DNA from: Gemmatimonadota bacterium
Lineage (GTDB): Bacteria; Gemmatimonadota; Gemmatimonadetes; Palauibacterales; KS3-K002
Assembly: GCA_039586795.1 (NCBI GenBank)
Contig: JBDHJS010000026.1
Location: 1,758-65,757, forward strand
Direction of reading: 5' to 3'
Length of the DNA stretch: 64,000 nt
The translations under genes and the position numbers were made by a program. The number at the start of each line of letters is the position of its first letter. The stretch's first letter is position 1. Of the stretch, positions 57,221-64,000 are shown in pieces. Below the pieces are notes generated by a model. The model was not told the origin of the DNA. It did no database searches and saw only the letters and a list, made by a program, of their open reading frames with translations.

Positions 57221-58225
57221 TTAGCTGACTTCCCGAAGGGCGGCCCGACAGGCCTCCAGGACTCGCTCGGTGATCTCTCCGAGATCCCCAGCCACCGTTG
57301 CGCCGGCCGCCTTTTCGTGCCCGCCACCGCCGAACGCGCGGGCAACGGCGGCGACGTTGGCTGCCCCCGTCGATCGGAACGAGATCTTGATCTCGCCCCC
57401 GTTCATCTCGCGCAGCAGCACGGCGATTTCCGTGCCTTTCAGCTTGCGCAGATGGTCGATGACTTCCTCATACTCATCCAGAGCCCCAAACTCACCGGCC
57501 ACCGAGCGGTCGAGAGCGCTCCACGTGATTCCCAGCTCTTCATCGCGTTGCAGCCTTTCGATGGCGGCCTTTAGCGTGCCCAGTTCGGCGATGGTCAGGT
57601 TGGCGAACAGCGGCCTGTAGAGCTCCTCTGGATCCACGCCGGCCTCGATCAAGGCCGCTGCAACACGATGGGCGTGAGGGGACGAATTGGAATACCGGAA
57701 GGAGCCGGTGTCGGTTACGAGTCCCACATACAACGACTGCGCTGTGTCGACGGACAATGGATCACCGGTCTGGAGCAGTACATCATAGACCAGCTCCGTC
57801 GTCGACGCGGCAACCGGATCGATGAGCTCAAGCCGCGCCTCGATATGGCGGGCGGCAACGGCGTGGTGATCGATGACGATGGTGCGATCCGGCTCGTACC
57901 CCGGCTCGAACTTGCCCAGCCGCTCGGGTTGGGAAGCGTCGACGACCACCTGGACGTCGGCCGTGCGAAGAGCTTCCAGTCCCGTCTCATCCGGCGGCAA
58001 CAGCTTCGCGCCGCTCGGTAGAAGAAAGCGGAAGCGTTCCGGCATCGGAGTGGCAGCGAGCAAACGAACGTCGGCCCGCGTGCCGAAGTGGTGAGAGATA
58101 GCGCAGGTCGCGCCCCAGCCATCGCCGTCGCCGCCGACATGCGTACACACCGCGATCGATGTCGCCTTGCCGAGTTGTTCGGCGATACCGGTTGCTGCCT
58201 CGAGTCGGTGGGCCGGGGTCAGCAC
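57221..58225 (-). CDS. DHH/DHHA1 phosphoesterase (NrnA-like nanoRNase/pAp phosphatase)
   Basis: H...DGD, IDHH, TDTGSF, SFRS and GGGGH..AAG motifs. Confidence 0.9.
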   Translation of the reverse strand: MLTPAHRLEAATGIAEQLGKATSIAVCTHVGGDGDGWGATCAISHHFGTRADVRLLAATPMPERFRFLLPSGAKLLPPDETGLEALRTADVQVVVDASQPERLGKFEPGYEPDRTIVIDHHAVAARHIEARLELIDPVAASTTELVYDVLLQTGDPLSVDTAQSLYVGLVTDTGSFRYSNSSPHAHRVAAALIEAGVDPEELYRPLFANLTIAELGTLKAAIERLQRDEELGITWSALDRSVAGEFGALDEYEEVIDHLRKLKGTEIAVLLREMNGGEIKISFRSTGAANVAAVARAFGGGGHEKAAGATVAGDLGEITERVLEACRAALREVS

Positions 58226-58242
58226 AACCCTCTTCGCCCCTC

Positions 58243-59979
58243 CTAACTTGACTGCTGCTTAAGCCGCTTTGCGACCTCGCGGTTCTCTTCCCACGGCTTC
58301 CGCTCGAAGTAGCTGAGTGTCAACTCCCGCACCTTCTTGTTGAGCAGCAGCAACGCCAACAGGTTCGGCAGAATGACAATGCCGAGGAACACATCGCCCA
58401 GCGTCCAGGCAACCGACAGCGTCAGGATGGCACCTACGAAGTGCATGACGACGAACACGAACTTGTACGGGAGCACTGCGTTGTGACCGAACAGATAATT
58501 CGCGCATCGATCGCCGTAGTAGCTCCACGCGATAGCCGTCGATATCGCGAACAGGAACACGCTCACCACCACGATGAACATGCCCCAGTCGCCGGGTAGC
58601 CCACGCTGAAAGGCGAGCATCGTGAGTGGCGCACCGCTTTCGGCCGCATCGCCGTAGAGCGACGTGACCTCGATCCCGTCTTCGGTGATGGCAAGCTCGC
58701 GATCGGTATCGATCACGCCGTTGAATGGGCGGGTCTGTTCCTCGTCGCTGTAGAGCCTCTCGACGATGACTTCATGCCAGGTCAGGAAGGCCGCGCCTTC
58801 ACCGGCTTCGACATGACGACCGTCGGAGATCTGGATCCGGGCCGCATCGTCCAGGCCATCGTACCCGCCGCCCGCCTCCTCCACCACATATGAGATGTCG
58901 CCGCGATCGAGAGTGATCTCGGTGGGGATACGTACGTTCCACACGCCCGTCATGATGATGACCAGGCCCGTCATCGTGCAGATTACGATCGTATCGATGA
59001 ACGGCTCGACGAGCGCGACCACGCCCTCCGAGACCGGCTCATCCGTCTTGGCCGCCGCGTGGGCAATGGGCGCCGATCCCTGTCCGGCCTCGTTCGAGAA
59101 CAGGCCTCGCTTCACGCCCCAGATCATCGTTAGCAGAAAGACGCCGGCTCCCGATCCGGCGATGCTCGCCGTCGGATTGAACGCCTCGCGGAAGATCAGC
59201 CCGAATGTGGGAATCACCTGGTCGATATTCAGCAGGATGATAATGAGGGCGCCTAAAACGTAGATCGCCGCCATCGTCGGAGCGAGGATACCGGTCACCC
59301 GCCCAATACGCGTGATGCCACCGATGACGACCATGGCCACCACGCTGGCGGTCACCAGACCGCTGATCCAAACCGGAACGCCGAAGGTCGTGTTCAGCGT
59401 GTCCGCCACCGTGTTGGCCTGGATCGCGTTACCCGTCAGGAAGGCGGTCGTACCAAGCATGCCGGCAAAGAAGACGGCCAACGGCTTCCAGGACCTTCCC
59501 AGTCCGCGCTCGATGTAGTACATCGGGCCGCCGGATACTGTACCTTCCCACTTATGCGGGTCCATGTCCTGCCGCTCGACGTCGCGGTACCGCTGGGCCA
59601 GCGTAACCTCCGAATACTTCGTCGCCATCCCTACCAACGCCGTCACCCACATCCAGAACAGCGCACCGGGACCACCCCAGTGAATAGCGAGCGCAACACC
59701 GGCGATGTTGCCGATCCCGACTGTGGCTGAAAGCGCCGTGGTCAACGCCTGGAAATGGGATACGTCTCCGGGCTCGTTTGGGTCGTCGTACTTCCCCGAG
59801 GTAACTGCGAAGCCATGACCCAGCTTGCGAAGCTGCAAGAACCCGAGCCGGATCGTAAGGAACAATCCGGTCCCCAGGAGAGCGATCACGACCCACGGGA
59901 TCTCTTGATCGCCGATGGGGATCCCGCGATCCCAGATATAAGAAGAGAGCGTATCGACGATGTTCTCGAAGAAGTCCAT
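58243..59979 (-). CDS. Alanine/glycine:cation symporter (AGCS)
   Basis: FQAL...LSATVG.GNIAGVA, GGPMYY, FSNEAG.GS and FIDT.VIC motifs; periplasmic insertion. Confidence 0.93.
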   Translation of the reverse strand: MDFFENIVDTLSSYIWDRGIPIGDQEIPWVVIALLGTGLFLTIRLGFLQLRKLGHGFAVTSGKYDDPNEPGDVSHFQALTTALSATVGIGNIAGVALAIHWGGPGALFWMWVTALVGMATKYSEVTLAQRYRDVERQDMDPHKWEGTVSGGPMYYIERGLGRSWKPLAVFFAGMLGTTAFLTGNAIQANTVADTLNTTFGVPVWISGLVTASVVAMVVIGGITRIGRVTGILAPTMAAIYVLGALIIILLNIDQVIPTFGLIFREAFNPTASIAGSGAGVFLLTMIWGVKRGLFSNEAGQGSAPIAHAAAKTDEPVSEGVVALVEPFIDTIVICTMTGLVIIMTGVWNVRIPTEITLDRGDISYVVEEAGGGYDGLDDAARIQISDGRHVEAGEGAAFLTWHEVIVERLYSDEEQTRPFNGVIDTDRELAITEDGIEVTSLYGDAAESGAPLTMLAFQRGLPGDWGMFIVVVSVFLFAISTAIAWSYYGDRCANYLFGHNAVLPYKFVFVVMHFVGAILTLSVAWTLGDVFLGIVILPNLLALLLLNKKVRELTLSYFERKPWEENREVAKRLKQQSS

Positions 59980-60064
59980 GTGTTCGCGCGGTTACAGGTT
60001 AGAACGGCCCAAAACGGTCGCGCTAGCTTAGACGCGGCCTTCCCCGGTGTCAACTCTCGCCATA

Positions 60065-60706
60065 CTAGTGGGGGAGAAACTTCGCCGCGGTGGAAGCAAG
60101 GTGAACGAGGTAGCTCGAGTAGCGCCCAACGACCCGCCCGGAGCGCAGCGCCTCCAGAAAGCCATCCACTCCTTCGTACTCGGGGACCTCGATCACGCCG
60201 CGGCCAATCTCGCGCAACGTATGGGCATCCGAACCGGCGCCGCCTGGAAGTTGGCGCTCGTCCGCCCAGCGGCGCGCCTTCTCGTTAAGGTGCGGCTTGT
60301 GGATGCGAGCGTTGAAGACCTCCACGACGTCTACGTACTCCTCGATGGCTCCCAACACGTCTGGCCCCAGACCCTTGCCACCCGCGAAGGGATGAGGAAC
60401 GTAAACCAAGCCGCCCTGTTCTTTGATCGCCCGTACGGTCTCGAGTGCCGGTGTTCCCTTCGGAATCTTCTCTGAGATGAAGAGCCCCGTTAAGTCGACG
60501 CCCTCGGCCGTCTTAACTTCTTCACCGACGATGACCATTTCCGGGGCCATGTCGCGGCAACGGAAAGCGCCCTCGATCTCGTTGTGGTCGGTGATGGCGA
60601 TGCGATGGAGGCCACGCTCTCTGGCGGCGTTGACAACTTCGCCGTAGTCGCTGAGGCAGTCGTGCGAGGCCTTTGTGTGTATGTGGAGGTCGAGACGTAG
60701 GGTCAT
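60065..60706 (-). CDS. PHP-domain protein
   Basis: DLHIHT..S.D, ITDHN, GEE, PHPF and GSDAH motifs. Confidence 0.9.
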   Translation of the reverse strand: MTLRLDLHIHTKASHDCLSDYGEVVNAARERGLHRIAITDHNEIEGAFRCRDMAPEMVIVGEEVKTAEGVDLTGLFISEKIPKGTPALETVRAIKEQGGLVYVPHPFAGGKGLGPDVLGAIEEYVDVVEVFNARIHKPHLNEKARRWADERQLPGGAGSDAHTLREIGRGVIEVPEYEGVDGFLEALRSGRVVGRYSSYLVHLASTAAKFLPH

Positions 60707-61311
60707 GCGGCCCGACTCAGCTTCTCGATCTCTTTCCACGTCTCCCACGCCCGCCGCTCGAGCGTCGGAATATCTGAGTCGTTATCGATGATCAGATCGG
60801 CAAGTCTGCGCTTCTCCTCCGATGCCATCTGAGAGTCAGCAACGGCTCGCGCCTCATCCGGTGTCAATCCGCGCTTGCCGACCAGACGCTCGATGCGCAC
60901 AGCCGTCGGTGCGTCAACGACAACGACAGCATCGAACTTGTCGCCCATGCCCGTCTCGAACAATAACGGGACGACCCCAATTACGATGCGATCGTCCCGA
61001 GCTTCCGCCTCTGCAAGCAACTCGCCGTACAGCGCGCCGATCGCAGGATGGATAATGTTCTCCAGCCTCTCGCGAGCCTGATCGTCGGAGAACGCGATAC
61101 GCCGCATAGCGGGCCGGTTCAGCCCGCCGTCCTCGGCTATGACTTCATCGCCAAATTCTTCGCGGATCCGCTTAAGGGTCGGACCGCCCGGCTGAACGAC
61201 TTCCCGAGCGAGGATATCCGTGTCTATCACCGTGGCTCCCCAGCTGGCAAACAGCGCCACGACCGTGGACTTGCCGGCGCCGACATTTCCGGTCAGCCCT
61301 ATATGAAACAC
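60703..61311 (-). CDS. coaE: Dephospho-CoA kinase
   Basis: IGLTGNVGAGKST, IDTD, IIHP, VPLLFE and SQM motifs. Confidence 0.95.
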   Translation of the reverse strand: MFHIGLTGNVGAGKSTVVALFASWGATVIDTDILAREVVQPGGPTLKRIREEFGDEVIAEDGGLNRPAMRRIAFSDDQARERLENIIHPAIGALYGELLAEAEARDDRIVIGVVPLLFETGMGDKFDAVVVVDAPTAVRIERLVGKRGLTPDEARAVADSQMASEEKRRLADLIIDNDSDIPTLERRAWETWKEIEKLSRAA

Positions 61312-61323
61312 GGGTCAGCTCCT

Positions 61324-62403
61324 TCAGCTGCCGCCAGCGGCAGTAGTATCGAGCAGCGCGCCACCGGTCTCGTCCTCGACCCCCAGCTCCTTGATGAACC
61401 GGTTCACCAGCTCCTCGCTCTTGAGTCGCTGGTCCTCGGCCGACAGGTGGCCGATGGGAATTCGAGCACCGGCCATCATACCGTGGCCGCCCGCCGTGCC
61501 GTCACTATCCACGACACGGCGCAACAGCTGGCCCGCCTTCGCATCGCTAACCGAGGTCCGAATAGAGATCAAGATCGAATCCTCGAACACTCCAATACAG
61601 AAAGACCACTTGGCGCCTTCGTATCGCAAATAGAAGTCGGCGAGCTCCGCAACCAGATCTGGATAATCGAGCCGACCAAGATAAGAGATGACGACCGGCC
61701 CTCGCGTCCGAGACCTCTCGAGCGAGCGGTGTAGGGAAGAGAAGTAGGCCCGCGGCAGATCAGGATAGCGCATCCGCGAGATCAACTCACGGTCGGCGCC
61801 GGGGTAAAGCTTCAGGCTGGCCTGCAGATCGGCCTCGCACGCTTCTCGCCCCAGATCCTGCGTCTCCGATTGGATCCCATAGAACAATGCCGTCGCGACC
61901 CTTCCCTTCAGCGGTACGCCTGCCGCCTCCAGGTACCGGGTCAGAATCGTGCAGCTCGACCCGCAGTCGGTCCGCACATCCCAGAACTTCGCTTTCCGGG
62001 TGTCTTCGCGGATGGGATGGTGATCGATGACTATGTCGGCGGTCCGATCTTCCGGAAGCGAGTTGTTGCCCGTCCCCGGCTGAGTGTCCACCAGGGCGAT
62101 CAGGTCGACATCGTCAAAGCCAACCGCCCAGGTCGGTGTGATCGGGAGCCCCAACTCGTGAACCATTGTTCGGTTCTCGGCGCGGCCCACGAAACCGCCG
62201 AACGCGATGCGCGCCGTGACCCCGTCGATCGTTTCGATCAACTTGAAGAGCGCGAACGCACTGGCGAGCGCATCCGGATCGGGGTTGTCGTGAGTGAGGA
62301 TGAGCAATCGCTTGCCATCCACCAACGCCGCCCTGAGCTCGTCAAGCTTGGGCTCGGAACAGCAGGTCACCTCTTCCTTCGATTGCTTGCCGCTGGCACT
62401 CAT
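61324..62403 (-). CDS. DHH family phosphoesterase
   Basis: HDNPDPDALAS, IDHH, S.R and AGGH..MAG motifs. Confidence 0.88.
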   Translation of the reverse strand: MSASGKQSKEEVTCCSEPKLDELRAALVDGKRLLILTHDNPDPDALASAFALFKLIETIDGVTARIAFGGFVGRAENRTMVHELGLPITPTWAVGFDDVDLIALVDTQPGTGNNSLPEDRTADIVIDHHPIREDTRKAKFWDVRTDCGSSCTILTRYLEAAGVPLKGRVATALFYGIQSETQDLGREACEADLQASLKLYPGADRELISRMRYPDLPRAYFSSLHRSLERSRTRGPVVISYLGRLDYPDLVAELADFYLRYEGAKWSFCIGVFEDSILISIRTSVSDAKAGQLLRRVVDSDGTAGGHGMMAGARIPIGHLSAEDQRLKSEELVNRFIKELGVEDETGGALLDTTAAGGS

Positions 62404-62447
62404 ATTCCTAGAGAATCACTCCCGCTCGCGGTGCCACTTCATCAAGC

Positions 62448-62618
62448 TCAGTCAGAACAGTCCCCCAATGGATAGGGATGCCTGCAGTTCCAGCAATGCC
62501 CCGTCTTGCAACCGCGTGGACGCTCCGCGACACCATGGCCGCAGTGCAAACACCGCCGTTCCGTCTCGGCCTTTCTCGCTGAGATGTCCTCCGCAGCACG
62601 ACGCGGCGTCCCCGTCAC
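62448..62618 (-). CDS. Small Cys-rich putative zinc-finger protein (56 aa; absent from ORF track)
   Basis: GTG overlaps the upstream TGA (GTGA). Manual translation: MTGTPRRAAEDISARKAETERRCLHCGHGVAERPRGCKTGHCWNCRHPYPLGDCSD*. Confidence 0.7.
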   Translation of the reverse strand: MTGTPRRAAEDISARKAETERRCLHCGHGVAERPRGCKTGHCWNCRHPYPLGDCSD

Positions 62619-63250
62619 TCGAACGCTCCTGTGAGAAACGGATTCATCGCACGCTCCTGTCCGACGGTCGTTGCTGGGCCATGGCCCGAGTACAGAATCG
62701 TGTCGTCGGGAAGCGTGAGCAGCCGTTCTTGTATCGACTCGATGAGCGTACGGAAATCGCCACCCGGGAGGTCGGTACGGCCGATGGAGCCTGCAAAGAC
62801 ACAGTCGCCGACCAACGCGAAACCGTCACCGATCAGGCTCACGTGACCCGGCGAGTGGCCAGGCGTGTGTCGAACCTCCAGCTTCGAGCTCCCGACGGCG
62901 ACGATCTGTCCATCTGCCAACTCTCTATCCGGGTCGGGCTGATCCTCCATTTCGACCCCAAACGCCATCGCTTGTTGCGGCGCGTGTTTGTATAGGAGAA
63001 GATCCTCCGGGTGCAGATAGACAGGGACGCCGGTTTCCCGTTTCGCTTCCGCAACGCCTCCGATGTGATCCAGGTGGGCGTGGGTCAGCAATATCGACTC
63101 GATCTCAGCGTCTTCGCTCGACGCGGCTTCCAACAGACGTTCCGATTCCTCACCCGGGTCCACAAGGGCACACTTCCCCGTCTCCTCGCAAATGGCAAGA
63201 TAGGCATTGGCCTGGAACGGCCCCACGGGAAAGCCTATGATTTTCACCAA
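62615..63250 (-). CDS. MBL-fold hydrolase (glyoxalase II-like, YcbL/GloC type)
   Basis: VDPG, THAHLDH, TPGHSPG, GD..F.GSIGRTD, GHG and E...NPF motifs. Confidence 0.92.
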   Translation of the reverse strand: MVKIIGFPVGPFQANAYLAICEETGKCALVDPGEESERLLEAASSEDAEIESILLTHAHLDHIGGVAEAKRETGVPVYLHPEDLLLYKHAPQQAMAFGVEMEDQPDPDRELADGQIVAVGSSKLEVRHTPGHSPGHVSLIGDGFALVGDCVFAGSIGRTDLPGGDFRTLIESIQERLLTLPDDTILYSGHGPATTVGQERAMNPFLTGAFE

Positions 63251-63297
63251 GCCTCCTGAATTCGGGTCTCGTGAAGATAAGCGGTTGGCGGAAGGAC

Positions 63298-63324
63298 AAA
63301 AAGTAAGGCCCGCTTACGCGGGCC
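63298..63324 (-). terminator. Intrinsic terminator after iscA/erpA
   Basis: GGCCCGC-GTAA-GCGGGCC followed by TTACTTTTT. Confidence 0.75.
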
Positions 63325-63351
63325 AAACAGTGCAAAGAACAGCCCGAATCG

Positions 63352-63708
63352 TCAGACCGCGAACGACTCTCCGCAGCCGCAGCCGCCAGTCGCGTTCGGG
63401 TTGCTAAACGTGAATCCCGAACCCTGAAACGAACTGTGATAACCGATCTGTGTGCCCGTCAGGTACTGAACGCTGAACGGGTCCACGAACAGCCGGATTC
63501 CTTCTGATTCGATGACCTGATCGTCGTCACGCGGCTCATCTTCCAGGTTCAAGCCGTACTGGAATCCAGAGCAACCGCCGGGCAGTACGCTGACACGCAG
63601 ACCAGCGCTCGCAGCCGACAGATTCTCGTCAGCCATGAACTCCCGGGCCTTATCAGCTGCCTCCGCGGTGAGACTGACCGCGCTTACTTTTTCGTGTGTT
63701 TGCGTCAT
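63352..63708 (-). CDS. HesB/IscA/ErpA A-type Fe-S carrier
   Basis: GGCSG.QY and NPNA...CGCGESF motifs. Confidence 0.95.
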   Translation of the reverse strand: MTQTHEKVSAVSLTAEAADKAREFMADENLSAASAGLRVSVLPGGCSGFQYGLNLEDEPRDDDQVIESEGIRLFVDPFSVQYLTGTQIGYHSSFQGSGFTFSNPNATGGCGCGESFAV

Positions 63709-63749
63709 GTAACAAAAGCTCCTCTTCCACACTACTAGTTATTATTCCT

Positions 63750-63774
63750 AACGAAACGTATCGGCGCCGGTTCC
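63750..63774 (-). promoter_or_regulatory. Putative ECF promoter upstream of iscA/erpA
   Basis: Minus strand GGAAC-N17-GTT (GGAAC CGGCGCCGATACGTTTC GTT). Confidence 0.55.
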
Positions 63775-63782
63775 CGTGTCAA

Positions 63783-64000
63783 CTAACCAACCTTGGCCGT
63801 CTGCTGCTCTTTCAGGTCCGTCAGGTACTTCTCCGCCGCGATGGTCGCCGTCGTTGCGTCGCCCACAGCTGTCGTGATCTGACGAGTAAGCTGCGCCCGA
63901 ACATCCCCTGCCACGAACAGACCGGGGATCGAAGTTCTCATATCGCGATCGCTGATCAGATACCCTCCGGCATCGTGATCGGCATGATCGGCCAACAGAC
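63783..64000 (-). CDS. trxB: Thioredoxin reductase, C-terminal part (runs off the window edge)
   Basis: TSIPGLFVAGDVR...RQITTAVGDA..A motif. Confidence 0.88.
   Translation of the reverse strand, partial: LLADHADHDAGGYLISDRDMRTSIPGLFVAGDVRAQLTRQITTAVGDATTATIAAEKYLTDLKEQQTAKVG

Overview
A GC-rich (~63%, by eye) bacterial chromosomal window of about 60 mostly housekeeping genes. Gene content (ADOP-type permease, BTAD/TPR membrane protein, DUF481 and BamA-like barrels) suggests a diderm, probably Gemmatimonadota-like organism; this is inference. Almost all genes are on the minus strand, except a thioredoxin-like gene and a plus-strand block at 44.3-51.1 kb. Contents: cysS (partial), pyrF/pyrD/pyrK, smpB, pyk, a sirtuin, an ArcE/cDPGS-family ATPase next to ApgM, an ECF sigma/ZAS anti-sigma pair, class II RNR (nrdJ) with tandem NrdR boxes, a peptidoglycan-recycling operon (murQ-DinB fusion, anmK, nagZ, a broken SSS transporter, amidase, protease-propeller-barrel OM protein), ggt, nth, pdaD-speB, a Fur/PerR-family regulator, two DHH proteins, coaE, iscA/erpA and trxB (partial). 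I saw no rRNA, tRNA, CRISPR array, prophage or transposase. Most notable: (i) one ECF-type promoter motif, GGAAC-N17/18-GTT, upstream of four redox-related units including the degenerate ECF sigma itself; (ii) a MurQ-DinB fusion; (iii) a secreted protein with eight [N/H]FG[S/T]xx[R/S] heptads; (iv) a 56-aa Cys-rich ORF missing from the ORF track; (v) a MITE-like palindrome whose arm recurs 19 kb away, plus recurrent intergenic heptamer arrays. All family calls rest on motifs recognised by eye; no database searches were run.
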